Positions 51,124-61,105 of a stretch of 64,000 nucleotides of DNA are shown here, in pieces. The first letter of the stretch is position 1. The number at the start of each line of letters is the position of its first letter. The notes under the pieces are model-generated. The model had not been told where the DNA came from, searched no databases, and worked only from the letters and a program-made list of their open reading frames with translations. Source of the stretch: Candidatus Latescibacterota bacterium (GTDB lineage: Bacteria; Latescibacterota; CBDEFO01); contig CBDEFO010000008.1 in NCBI GenBank assembly GCA_965237525.1, forward strand, positions 1,344,001 through 1,408,000. The letters run 5' to 3'. The position numbers and the translations under genes are program-made.

Positions 51124-52203
51124 CTACGATTTGCCAACACTTTCTCCCTTAGCCTGATTATTCTTGATGAATGTCTTCAGGACATGATTTACCACTCTCT
51201 CAAAAAAATGAGGATTCGGTATATAATCTTTTTGCTCCCATTTCCTACCTCCTACACTCATACGAAGCGAAGGGTCTATCTCCGATCCCTCCAATGGAGC
51301 CAAAAATACCTGTGGCGGGAATAGTTCTCCATTATGAAGACTTCTCGAACGCTGGTCGTAAATTCGCTTCAGAAGAACAGGAAGTTGCTCAGGCTTGATT
51401 TTCCCATGTACGGGTCTCTCTCCCTCAGTCCAAAAATCGTCCTCTATATGCTTAAGTATGAAGGTTACAAACTTACGCTGAATAAATGCTTCTCTTTTCA
51501 TAATGGCCTGTTCAATTTTATTTCGCAAGTCTTCGTCTTCCACTTGACTCACAAGTTTTGCTATTTTCTGATCTATATCAGCTAGTGAAACTTCAATATC
51601 AGTGTCTCGACACAATACTTCAATCGCTGAAACTAGATTCAAGTATGCCATATCTGGTTGTTCTTCAATCAATAGAAGAGCTTGATGATACAATCTAACA
51701 GACAATATAAATCTCTGATGATAATTTCTGTCAAGGCCCTCAACTAATTTTAGCCAGTCAGACAAATCTGCAAGGTTGCTGTGACCAGTGACAAGAGGCT
51801 TATCAATCAAATACTGTTTTTTTGAGTAATAAAATGGTGTGTCATCCCTACGAACCAGCGGTCCGAGTTTCAATCTTCTGCGAACGAAAAGCGAGGCGAG
51901 TGATACTAATTCCTCAGCAATACCCCCAATATGATAGTAGGAAGGTTCTCTAGCGGTCTGCAATGTTTCAGGATCTTTTGAAGTGATTCTTTCTCTTATT
52001 CGAAGACATAGCTTTCTTTCTTCTCCCGCACGCTTATTAACCAAAAGCTCCCAGACATAGAAGTCGTATGGTCCATAGCTAAGTAATCCAACAAAATGAG
52101 CATCTGCATTAATTTCGTATTCGTAGGTGCTACATTCACCATCCTCATTTTTATCAGCTTCAATGTTTGTTACAAAGTACATCTTTTTTTCATCAGTAGT
52201 CAT
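51124..52203 (-). CDS. AT-rich hypothetical protein with HEPN (ApeA-like) C-terminus
   Basis: AYLNLVSAIEVL ... IYDQRSRSLHNG (Rx4H). Confidence 0.6.
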   Translation of the reverse strand: MTTDEKKMYFVTNIEADKNEDGECSTYEYEINADAHFVGLLSYGPYDFYVWELLVNKRAGEERKLCLRIRERITSKDPETLQTAREPSYYHIGGIAEELVSLASLFVRRRLKLGPLVRRDDTPFYYSKKQYLIDKPLVTGHSNLADLSDWLKLVEGLDRNYHQRFILSVRLYHQALLLIEEQPDMAYLNLVSAIEVLCRDTDIEVSLADIDQKIAKLVSQVEDEDLRNKIEQAIMKREAFIQRKFVTFILKHIEDDFWTEGERPVHGKIKPEQLPVLLKRIYDQRSRSLHNGELFPPQVFLAPLEGSEIDPSLRMSVGGRKWEQKDYIPNPHFFERVVNHVLKTFIKNNQAKGESVGKS

Positions 52204-52379
52204 TTCTATTTCACCTCGTAATTTTTTGACCGTTGTAGCCTTCGGAATGAAATGGGGCTTGAACTTTAACCTTCACAAAAGCCAAAATACAGCGTCCTTG
52301 CAGAAAAGTCAACAGAAAATCTACAATTCTTGGTAGGGGCAGACCGTTGTGTCTGCCCTTTGGGCGAACATATAGATTA

Positions 52380-53685
52380 GCGGTTGAATATCAAATGAAA
52401 TCGGTGCACCTAATTTGATCTTTGTTTAGAGTATTAGTAGATTAAGTTGAGTTGATTGTCTTAACTTTAATCTACGGAGTCCTATGGACAAAGAGAGATT
52501 GGCCGTATTAAGACAAGAAGTCAACGAGATGTATTTTAAGAAAGAAATGTCAAAGCGAGAAGTTATCAAACAAGCGAGAGTTTCCAATGATTTCGTTACG
52601 GCTTGGACTAAATCTCCGGATCAGGATTTTGCCATGGATAATCGGGGTTGGCCAAAAGGAAAAAGGCAAAAATTGGCTAAAGTTGACGAACAGAGAATCA
52701 AAGAGATTTACCATAGCTTAGAGGACGATCCTTATCAGTTCTATTCAGGAGCCACTGTTATTGAACAAGAATGGAGGAATCGATATTCTAGCACCCCTCC
52801 TCCGTCGTTGCCGACTATCGGCAGAATGCTTTCAGATTTAGGACTTTCCCAGGGAAGGAAGAAAGGTAAAAACAAGGGTGCATCTCGTTATCTTTGTTAT
52901 CCAGAGTATACCATTTACTATCTTTCAGGAGGCAGAGTCCTAGAATCAGACTTTATTGGTAAAAAGTATCTTACCGGCAGAACTGAGCCGGTCAACTTCG
53001 TTGGATTTTCCTTTAAGAAAGAGCCTAAGTTAAGGTATTTTCGGCGGGTTGACGGTCAAACAGCAACTAACTTTATCGAGAAGTGTCAGTCTTTCTTTGA
53101 CAGGTTTGAAAAACCAGATTTCGTTAAGGTGGACAATTGCTCGGCGACTATTGGCAGTGTTTCAGGTAAAAGGAATGTCAGCAAAGCAATGCAGTTTCTC
53201 TTGAAAAATCAAGTGATTCCGATATTTGCCGTTCCCAGAAGGCCCTTTTCTCAAGCATCTATAGAAGGCAACAATTCTGTATTTTCAAGGAAGTTCTGGA
53301 ACAGAATTCAGTTCAAAAGCTTACAAGAAGTTGATCAGAAGTTAGAATGGTTTAATCTTTCATCACAGAGATACACCGGCTACCGTCCACCTAAGCAAGA
53401 GAAGTCAAACGAGAAAGATTTCATTCCCAAGACCTATTTTATCAGACAAGTCAAACAGGACACAGAACAGACAGATAAAGCCTTTATCGATGTCCTAAAT
53501 GAGAAAGTATCTCTTCCCTCCTCTTACACCAACTACTTTGTCCTGGCTGAATGGAACCTAAAAGAAGAACAATTATACATCCATTTTGAAAAAGAACAGA
53601 AACCAAAGATTGTCGAAAACCTATCATTCAAGATCAATCAAAGATCGAAAGAGAAGTGCACCGATTTCATTTGATAAATAACCCG
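52380..53685 (+). mobile_element. Insertion sequence (1306 bp) with ~30-bp imperfect IRs and TA duplication
   Basis: Perfect 21-bp IR core TATCAAATGAAATCGGTGCAC at 52389..52409 and 53656..53676; TA at 52378-79 and 53686-87. Confidence 0.8.
52484..53674 (+). CDS. HTH + integrase-core DDE transposase, family unresolved
   Basis: N-terminal HTH-like region; ESDF, KVDN, SQASIEGNN. Confidence 0.75.
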   Translation: MDKERLAVLRQEVNEMYFKKEMSKREVIKQARVSNDFVTAWTKSPDQDFAMDNRGWPKGKRQKLAKVDEQRIKEIYHSLEDDPYQFYSGATVIEQEWRNRYSSTPPPSLPTIGRMLSDLGLSQGRKKGKNKGASRYLCYPEYTIYYLSGGRVLESDFIGKKYLTGRTEPVNFVGFSFKKEPKLRYFRRVDGQTATNFIEKCQSFFDRFEKPDFVKVDNCSATIGSVSGKRNVSKAMQFLLKNQVIPIFAVPRRPFSQASIEGNNSVFSRKFWNRIQFKSLQEVDQKLEWFNLSSQRYTGYRPPKQEKSNEKDFIPKTYFIRQVKQDTEQTDKAFIDVLNEKVSLPSSYTNYFVLAEWNLKEEQLYIHFEKEQKPKIVENLSFKINQRSKEKCTDFI

Positions 53686-53841
53686 TAGCCTCTCCTATTT
53701 TTCCTGGAATTGTGCTTGATCTTGATAGGAAAATTTCGTAAATTCTCTCACTAATGAAAAAATTGAGTCTGTGTAATCAGCTAATCGAACTGTAGTTACT
53801 AAGAGAAGTGATCAGAAGTATTTATAGGAGGAGAAATCATT

Positions 53842-56370
53842 ATGACCGATTATCAACCGCTCGATCTGTCCTCTTTGTGCAACACGGGCATGGAGGTTTT
53901 AGGTGAAGGGAATGACGCCCCGGTGGGTTCTCAATCGTTTCGCGGACTGCCATTTCAGGTCGGTTCGCCTGAGGGAGACCGTAATCGATGCTTCCTCGCC
54001 TTCGGAGAGGGACACAAAAGCGAGCCGATGACTGTATCTATCAATCAGACTGCGAAGTCTGTGATCGTGGCTCACCGTCTGTTGGTATCCCCCATCATGG
54101 ATGGCGGGCCTGTCGGCACTTTGGTGGGAGAGTACGTCTTTCACTTAGAGGGAGGCGAAGAGGTCAGCGTTCCGGTGCGCGACCGCTTCGAAATCTCCGT
54201 AGCGCCGACATATTCTCTCAGATCTGGACCCGGGGGAGGTCTACCCTTCCTTGCGCTTCCCGACCAGAACGACAGTCTTGTGGACCGATACGAGGGACCC
54301 TGGGATAGCGCCGGCAGGCGTCAGACAGAGGCGTCACAGGGGTCGCCCCGCGGCTACTTTCTGTGGGCGTGGATGAACCCGGAGCCCCAGCGCGCCATCG
54401 TCTCGCTTGAGATCGTCCCGAAAGGTGGTCACCCTTTCCTGATTGCGGGCATTACGCTCGGTCACACAGACGAGTTCCCGTTCTCGCGAGAGGCAAAGCG
54501 AGAAGTAAAGATTACTCTGCCGCGGCCTGCAGATGCTCAAAAGCCGTTCGATCTGGAAGTTGAAGTGGATCGCGGTGTAGCGACCTATCCTTATGCTCTC
54601 CCCGAAAAGTCCTCCGACGAATTCTTGGACGACGACTTCAAAGGCTGGGGAGAGGAGCAGAACCCCAGGAGCAGTCCCAGCTATGTCGAGGTGGCGGCCA
54701 CGCCGTCTGCGACCGTCAGAGTAAAACAAGAGGGCGAGGTGCTCGGAGAGGTCAAGTGGGGCCAATTGGAGGAGAAGGGAAAATTAGAGCCGTCAGATCG
54801 CCTACATGTGGAGATCATCGACAAGGGTGTAAACTGGGTTCACACTACTGTCTTGGACGACGAAACAGGTAAGCCTGTACCCTGCCGGATTCACTTCCGC
54901 TCTCCGGATGGCGTGCCCTACGCTCCGCACGGGCATCACGCCCACGTCAACTCCAATATGGGGACATGGCATATTGACGTGGGTGGCGATCTGCGCCTGG
55001 GTCAGATAACTTACGCCTATATAGACGGCACCTGCCAAGGATGGCTGCCCAGAGGAGAGATGATCGTGGACGTCGCCCGCGGCTTTGAGTATGAGCCGCT
55101 CCGCACCAAGGTGGAGATCAAGCCCGGCCAGCGGGAGCTTACACTCCACCTGAAACGCTGGTGCAACATGAACAAGGAGCGATACTTTTCCGGCGACTCG
55201 CACGTGCATTTTCTCTCGGCGCAGGGCAGCCACACGGAGGCCAGAGGTGAGGACCTCAACGTCGTCAATCTGCTGCAATCTCAGTGGGGACACCTGTTCA
55301 CCAACACAGAGGAGTTCACCGGCGGGCCCAGCGTTTCAGAGGATGGTAGGAGCATCGTCTATGTCTCACAGGAGAATCGCCAGCACTTCCTGGGACATCT
55401 TATTTTGTTAGGACTCAAAAAGCCCGTGATGCCGTGGTGCAGTGACGGACCTTCTGAGGCGGAACTCGGCGGATCGTTGGAGATCACGATGTCCGACTGG
55501 GCGGATCAGTGTCACGAGCAGGGCGGTACAGTCATCATACCGCACCTTCCCAACCCCAACGGCGAGCCAGCTACCCTGATCGCGACCGGACGCACCGACG
55601 CAATCGAAATGCTGCGCCACGGTATGTACCAACACAATGAGTACTACCGCTATCTGAACTGCGGCTACCGTCTGCCCTTGGTCGGTGGCACTGACAAGAT
55701 GACATCGGACGTGCCTGTCGGAATCTACCGCACCTATGTCTATATCCCTCCGGACGAGGAGTTTACCTACGACAACTGGTGCCGGAACCTTGCAGCAGGA
55801 CGCACCTTCCACAGCGGGGGTCCCATACTCCAATTTACTGTGGACGGCCATCACGTTGGCGATACACTTCAGCTACCCGGCAACGGCGGCACAGTGGAGG
55901 TGGAAGCAACGGCGGAATCTATCCTTCCGATACATACGTTAGAGGTCGTGCAGGAGGGCCTCGTGGTAGCTTCTACAGAGGAGAAGAACGGAGCAAGGAG
56001 ACTCCATCTAAGAGCACCTGTGCAGATAGAAGGACACAGTTGGTTGGCCCTGAGGTGCAGCGGTCCCGGATACTCGACTGCCATCCCGCACTATGACGGA
56101 TGGAAACGCGGTATTATGGCTCACACTTCGCCGATCTACGTAGCCTGCGGGGGCAAGTGGTGGATGTTCAACCAGGAGTCCGCCGAGTATATGCTCACCC
56201 TGATAGAGGGCGGCCTTTCGTACATTGGAAATCTCAGCCGTCAGCACCGCCCGGGTACGGTCACACACCATCACGGGCAGGAGGATCATCAAGCCTATTT
56301 GGAGCGCCCCTTCATCGAAGCAAGGGAGGCTATCCACCGCCGAATGCACCAGTTGGGTGTTCCGCATTAA
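53842..56370 (+). CDS. CehA/McbA-like PHP metallohydrolase with long N-terminal extension
   Basis: ARGFEYEP, SGDSHVH, QENR..LGH, IPH, GGTD, AHTSPIY. Confidence 0.75.
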   Translation: MTDYQPLDLSSLCNTGMEVLGEGNDAPVGSQSFRGLPFQVGSPEGDRNRCFLAFGEGHKSEPMTVSINQTAKSVIVAHRLLVSPIMDGGPVGTLVGEYVFHLEGGEEVSVPVRDRFEISVAPTYSLRSGPGGGLPFLALPDQNDSLVDRYEGPWDSAGRRQTEASQGSPRGYFLWAWMNPEPQRAIVSLEIVPKGGHPFLIAGITLGHTDEFPFSREAKREVKITLPRPADAQKPFDLEVEVDRGVATYPYALPEKSSDEFLDDDFKGWGEEQNPRSSPSYVEVAATPSATVRVKQEGEVLGEVKWGQLEEKGKLEPSDRLHVEIIDKGVNWVHTTVLDDETGKPVPCRIHFRSPDGVPYAPHGHHAHVNSNMGTWHIDVGGDLRLGQITYAYIDGTCQGWLPRGEMIVDVARGFEYEPLRTKVEIKPGQRELTLHLKRWCNMNKERYFSGDSHVHFLSAQGSHTEARGEDLNVVNLLQSQWGHLFTNTEEFTGGPSVSEDGRSIVYVSQENRQHFLGHLILLGLKKPVMPWCSDGPSEAELGGSLEITMSDWADQCHEQGGTVIIPHLPNPNGEPATLIATGRTDAIEMLRHGMYQHNEYYRYLNCGYRLPLVGGTDKMTSDVPVGIYRTYVYIPPDEEFTYDNWCRNLAAGRTFHSGGPILQFTVDGHHVGDTLQLPGNGGTVEVEATAESILPIHTLEVVQEGLVVASTEEKNGARRLHLRAPVQIEGHSWLALRCSGPGYSTAIPHYDGWKRGIMAHTSPIYVACGGKWWMFNQESAEYMLTLIEGGLSYIGNLSRQHRPGTVTHHHGQEDHQAYLERPFIEAREAIHRRMHQLGVPH

Positions 56371-56394
56371 GTTCCAGGTAGAATCTTTACTTCA

Positions 56395-56422
56395 AAGCCC
56401 GGTCATTTGATCGGGCTTTTTT
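56395..56422 (+). terminator. Intrinsic terminator
   Basis: AAGCCCGGTCA-tt-TGATCGGGCTT followed by TTTT. Confidence 0.7.
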
Positions 56423-56458
56423 ATCTTCGGATCTTATTCTATATTAGCAACTTATAAA

Positions 56459-56540
56459 TTTAGACAGACCTAAATATAAAATTTTGTGATTAAATGCTTG
56501 ACAAGGGTTAGTATATTTATTATTTTTAGGTGTACCTAAA
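56459..56540 (+). promoter_or_regulatory. Two DtxR/MntR-type operators flanking a sigma70 promoter
   Basis: TTTAGACAGACCTAAA (56459) and TTTAGGTGTACCTAAA (56525); TTGACA at 56498. Confidence 0.75.
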
Positions 56541-56563
56541 TTTTGAATTTGAAGGAGTAAAAT

Positions 56564-57220
56564 ATGCTGAGCCAATCTGTTGAGGACTACCTGAAGATCA
56601 TATACAAATTGCAGAAGGACGAGGGGAAGGTAACTACCTCTGCCGTTGCGGAAAATGCCAACGTATCTGCTGCTTCGGTTACCAGTATGCTGGGCAAACT
56701 GACCGATATGAAATTAGTCGTCCATACACCCTACCGAGAGGTTAAACTTACGCCCTCAGGTGAGAAGATAGCTGTAGAGGTCATTCGGCACCACAGGCTC
56801 TTGGAACTCTATCTGTCTGAAGCTTTGGGCTACACATGGGATCAGGTGGACGCTGAGGCCGAGGAGTTAGAACACGTCATCTCCGAAGAATTTGAGAATA
56901 AGATTGACGAAGCCTTAGGGCACCCGACGACAGACCCGCACGGGGATCCCATACCCACAAAAGAGGGTCTCCTCGAAGAAGTAGATCACGGGAGTCTTTC
57001 AGACTCAGATGCCGGTCAGACCGTCACCATTTCGCGCATCAACGACCAGGACCCTGACATCCTTCGTTACCTGGCCAGCCTCGGCATCTTCCCCGGAGTC
57101 ATAGTCGCGGTTACCGAAAAGCTCCCTTTCAACGGCCCTATCCTCATCCAGATCGGTTCGGACAGACATACGTTAGGAAGGGAATTAGCAGATAAGATAT
57201 TGGTGGGTGCAGCGTCTTAA
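56564..57220 (+). CDS. DtxR/MntR family metal-dependent repressor with FeoA domain
   Basis: EDYLK.IY, RHHRLLE, EELEH, DPHGDPIP. Confidence 0.95.
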   Translation: MLSQSVEDYLKIIYKLQKDEGKVTTSAVAENANVSAASVTSMLGKLTDMKLVVHTPYREVKLTPSGEKIAVEVIRHHRLLELYLSEALGYTWDQVDAEAEELEHVISEEFENKIDEALGHPTTDPHGDPIPTKEGLLEEVDHGSLSDSDAGQTVTISRINDQDPDILRYLASLGIFPGVIVAVTEKLPFNGPILIQIGSDRHTLGRELADKILVGAAS

Positions 57221-57284
57221 CACTGGACAGCCAAGAGGCAAGAGGATGTGCCATGACTAACGTCTACCCACGTGTGAGGTTTTT

Positions 57285-58499
57285 ATGATGAATCCACTCA
57301 ACGTTTTACTGGTTATTATCGCTTTAGGTGCGGTTGGACTACTTCTATTCGGGCTTGGACGCGGTTTTTTCTGGCTTCGGCGGCTCCTTCGCTGGATGAC
57401 CGCAATAACGCACTCCGAATCACCCCACGGTTCTTCGCGTCGAGGTTTTCTGCTGGCAGGAGGAGCCGCCCTTCTTGGGGCATTGTGGGTCGGCGGGCGG
57501 CGTGCCTTCGGCCGTGGAATTCCTTCCTCCATCGGCCTTGCTGCACAAGCAGAGGAGCGGGGGGCAATACAACCAAAAGCGGAATTGCATGCCCATCGTA
57601 TGGGCACCGTCGGAGAGATTCAACCGGGTGACTTCGACCCGACACGCTACTTGACCGCCTGGAACTTTAATGATTTGCCCTCTGAAGAACGCCAGAACTA
57701 CTACCGTGAAACGCCACGACCCGACGGGACGCTCCTGCGGGAATATGAATTTATCGCAGTGGACAAAGAGATTGAAATTGCGCCCGGTGTCTTCTTCCCT
57801 GCTTGGACGTATAACGGGCAGGTTCCGGGTCCCACCATTCGCGCCACCGAAGGGGACAACATCCGCATTCTCTTCCGCAATCAGGGTTCCCATCCGCACA
57901 CCATTCACTTTCACGGCTGGCATCGCCCCGAGATGGACGGGGCTTTTCCGGATCAGTTCGTGCCTCCGGGGGGTGAATTTCTTATCGAATTTGACGCCGA
58001 TCCTGTTGGAATCCACCTCTATCATTGCCACTCGCTGCCGCTAAAACGCCATATCCACAAGGGTTTGTACGGTGTTTATATCGTGGATCCACGGGAACCG
58101 AGACCTCCTGCTCAAGAGTTCGTCATCATGATGAACGGCTTCGATACGAACTTCAATGGTGACAACGAAGTCTACTCGGCCAATACCGTTGCCTTTTACT
58201 ACATGAATCATCCGATTCAGGTCAATGTTGGCGAGCTGGTGCGCGTGTATCTGGTCAATGTCACCGAATTTGACCCGATCAACTCGTTCCATCTCCACGG
58301 GGCGTTTTTCGATGTGTATCGGACGGGGACGCGTTTGCACACGGATGAGTTCACCGATACGGTTATGATGTGTCAGGGGGAACGGGCGATTCTGGAAGTG
58401 ACGCTCCGGTATCCAGGGCGATACATGATCCATGCGCATCAGTCCGAGTTCGCCGAGCTGGGCTGGATGGGTATCATTCAGGCAGTAAGCGCAATATAA
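57285..58499 (+). CDS. Two-domain multicopper oxidase with Tat motif
   Basis: SRRGFLL; HPHTIHFHG, YHCH...HIHKGLYG, SFHLHG, IHAH. Confidence 0.9.
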   Translation: MMNPLNVLLVIIALGAVGLLLFGLGRGFFWLRRLLRWMTAITHSESPHGSSRRGFLLAGGAALLGALWVGGRRAFGRGIPSSIGLAAQAEERGAIQPKAELHAHRMGTVGEIQPGDFDPTRYLTAWNFNDLPSEERQNYYRETPRPDGTLLREYEFIAVDKEIEIAPGVFFPAWTYNGQVPGPTIRATEGDNIRILFRNQGSHPHTIHFHGWHRPEMDGAFPDQFVPPGGEFLIEFDADPVGIHLYHCHSLPLKRHIHKGLYGVYIVDPREPRPPAQEFVIMMNGFDTNFNGDNEVYSANTVAFYYMNHPIQVNVGELVRVYLVNVTEFDPINSFHLHGAFFDVYRTGTRLHTDEFTDTVMMCQGERAILEVTLRYPGRYMIHAHQSEFAELGWMGIIQAVSAI

Positions 58500-58521
58500 T
58501 ACGTACAAGGAGTCAGAAGCA

Positions 58522-59769
58522 ATGAACACGGATCCTCATCCCGAATCCAGAGATACATCACATCACGGGGAAAAAAGTCTATCGCACTGGGTTTTCATCT
58601 TTTTGCCGCTTGTCCTGCTGGGTATTTTGATCGTCATTCTCCAGGTCTATGGTCCTGGCAAAGCCTTGCGTACCCATTTCCCGCCCGTGGAGAAGATCGC
58701 GTTTCTGCGCATTGTGCTCCGGGACCAAGACGTGGCGCAAGAACGCCATAAAGAGATCATTTTGCACATCCTTAACGACGGCCCCAGTGAGGCGACCGTC
58801 GCGCAGGTGATGGTGGATGAAGCCTATTGGCCCTTTGAGATCAGGCCAAAGGCAGCACTTAACCACCTGGAGAGAGCGCAGATTCATCTGTTTTATCCCT
58901 GGGTGGAGGGCGACACACACGAAGTCACCCTCATAACCTCAACAGGACTGACGTTTAGCAAGGAGATTGAAGTGGCCGTGGAATCTCCAAGTCCCAATTG
59001 GAGGTATCTCGGCATCTTTTCCCTTTTAGGGGTCTATGTGGGTGTGATCCCCGTTTTCTTGGGGCTGCTCTGGTTTCCAGCCATGCGAAATGTGAGCACC
59101 CAAGGGTTGAATTTCCTTCTGAGCTTAACCGTGGGATTGCTGGTCTTTCTCGCAGTGGACGCTCTCCACGAAGCCCTTGAAGTCGCTGATGAATTGCCGG
59201 AGGCCTACGAAGGTGTTGCGCTGGTCGTGGCCGGATTTTCAGGCTGCTTGCTGCTTCTGATACTCATTTCTCAATGGTCGCGCACTCAGGCGGCGCAACG
59301 CGGTGAGACATACCAACGGATGGTACTCGCCTACATGATCGCCTTGGGGATCGGCTTACACAATTTAGGAGAGGGGCTTGCCATCGGTTCGGCATACGCG
59401 CTTGGGAACATCGCACTTGGAGGACTATTGGTGGTCGGATTTGCTGTTCATAATACGACCGAGGGGTTCGCCATCGTGGCTCCGGTTGCGAAACAGCGAG
59501 TCGCCTTTGCCAACTTCATCTGGATGGGAGCTCTTGCGGGTGTGCCGACGATTCTGGGCGCGTGGATCGGAGGCTTTACCTATTCGGCAGTCTGGTCTGT
59601 GCTGTTTCTTGGCATCGGAGCAGGGGCGATTGTGCAGGTCTCTTACGTCATCCTCCGTCAGATGGCACGCCAATCCGAAGACGCGGAGGTGCTGACGCCC
59701 CACAACTTCGTCGGCTTCTTTGTTGGCTTCTTGATTATGTACGCGACAGGGCTTCTGGTCACGTTCTGA
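58522..59769 (+). CDS. ZIP family metal transporter with N-terminal extracytoplasmic domain
   Basis: HNLGEGLAIG, HNTTEGFAI; ~120-aa soluble segment after TM1. Confidence 0.85.
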   Translation: MNTDPHPESRDTSHHGEKSLSHWVFIFLPLVLLGILIVILQVYGPGKALRTHFPPVEKIAFLRIVLRDQDVAQERHKEIILHILNDGPSEATVAQVMVDEAYWPFEIRPKAALNHLERAQIHLFYPWVEGDTHEVTLITSTGLTFSKEIEVAVESPSPNWRYLGIFSLLGVYVGVIPVFLGLLWFPAMRNVSTQGLNFLLSLTVGLLVFLAVDALHEALEVADELPEAYEGVALVVAGFSGCLLLLILISQWSRTQAAQRGETYQRMVLAYMIALGIGLHNLGEGLAIGSAYALGNIALGGLLVVGFAVHNTTEGFAIVAPVAKQRVAFANFIWMGALAGVPTILGAWIGGFTYSAVWSVLFLGIGAGAIVQVSYVILRQMARQSEDAEVLTPHNFVGFFVGFLIMYATGLLVTF

Positions 59770-59806
59770 ATCCTTTTTTGATACCACTAATAAGGAGGGA
59801 AAGGAG

Positions 59807-60214
59807 ATGTTTCGGCCAAGTTTTCGGCAAAGAACTTCACAGGTAATCGTTTTTGCTCTGCTTTTGATAGGTATCACACTCGTCGCTGTCGCGGCTATGC
59901 GGGATAGGCCGAATACCATCCTCGAGGTCGTTGCAGAAAATTTTGTTTTCAGGGGAAATAATCCGACGCTTTACGCGAAGCCCGGCTCGAAAGTAAAATT
60001 AATCTTCCGCAATGAAGCGCATGGCATTGAACACCATCTCGCAATAGAGGGTCTCGATGTGGATACGGACATTCTTCGACCCGGGGAGCGTGAGGAGATC
60101 ATCTTCTCAGTGCCGCCGCGAGATACGATTCTGACCTATTCCTGTTATTTGCACCCAATAATGCAAGGTAAATTCGTGATCGGAAACCCGGATACCATTG
60201 TCACATCCCGATAA
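59807..60214 (+). CDS. Cupredoxin-domain protein
   Basis: TM/signal segment; H...CYLHPIMQG type-1 Cu ligands. Confidence 0.8.
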   Translation: MFRPSFRQRTSQVIVFALLLIGITLVAVAAMRDRPNTILEVVAENFVFRGNNPTLYAKPGSKVKLIFRNEAHGIEHHLAIEGLDVDTDILRPGEREEIIFSVPPRDTILTYSCYLHPIMQGKFVIGNPDTIVTSR

Positions 60215-60246
60215 AATCGTACATAAAGCCCCCGGAGAAAGTTAAA

Positions 60247-60440
60247 ATGCTCAGCCAGACGATACAGGACTACCGGAAGGAGATCTACAAGCTTCAACAG
60301 GGCCGGGATCCGGTGGACTTGCTCAATCCCGTCCATGAGCGCCGAGCGGATGCAGGTGGCGGCAGCTTCGGCCATGAATATAATCAAAAAGCTTGCTCAC
60401 ATGAATCTGGTGCACTATATGTGCTACCACGGTAAGGAGA
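60247..60440 (+). pseudogene. Degenerate second DtxR-family gene
   Basis: MLSQTIQDYRKEIYKLQ and AERMQVAAASAMNIIKKLAHMNLVHY in different frames, both resembling the gene at 56564. Confidence 0.7.
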
Positions 60441-61105
60441 TCAAGAGTGCCAAGTGGACTACGGTCTTATCGCTGCTGCCGGTGGGAATGGGGATTATCC
60501 TCTGCCTTTTGGTGGCCTCCCTGTGGCGGCTTTTTGCTTAGCTTCCCTCCATACCCCCAAGTCATATATTCATAGTCGCAGGTGGCCACAACCCACCGAC
60601 CGCTGGTTCTTGCTGCCTGTAAGTTCTTATACCCTCTGGTGACCCCTATCTGGATCGCGTAAGGATCCTCAGACTCAAAGGCTCGCTAATGAAACCGGAA
60701 ACCTATAAGGTTCAAAATGGATAAAGCAACAGAACATCTAATTAAAGAATTGGAAATATTTGGAAGAAACAATGAGGGTTATTTCAACATCCCCCCAGAG
60801 ACCGGTAAGTTCTTTTACATACTGGTTTCGGCCTTAAGGCCCAATAACATTCTGGAAATAGGAACCTCCAACGGTTATTCGACTTTATGGCTGGCAGAAG
60901 CGGCTAAATCTTATGGCGGGAAGGTAACAACTATCGAAATCTCCGAATCGAAGGCGAAGATGGCAGCAGACAACTTCAAAAAAGTTGGATTAAGCAACAT
61001 AAAACTGATTCAGGGTGATGCGTTAGAAGAGATACCTAAGCTAATGGAAAAGTTTGATTTCCTCTTCCTTGATGCAGTTAAAAGCGACTACATTAGCTAC
61101 TTTAA

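Noticed and set aside
51050..52260. Integron cassette around the HEPN-like gene
   Set aside because: RYYYAAC-like boxes occur downstream, but there is no matching GTTRRRY or attC hairpin and no integrase.
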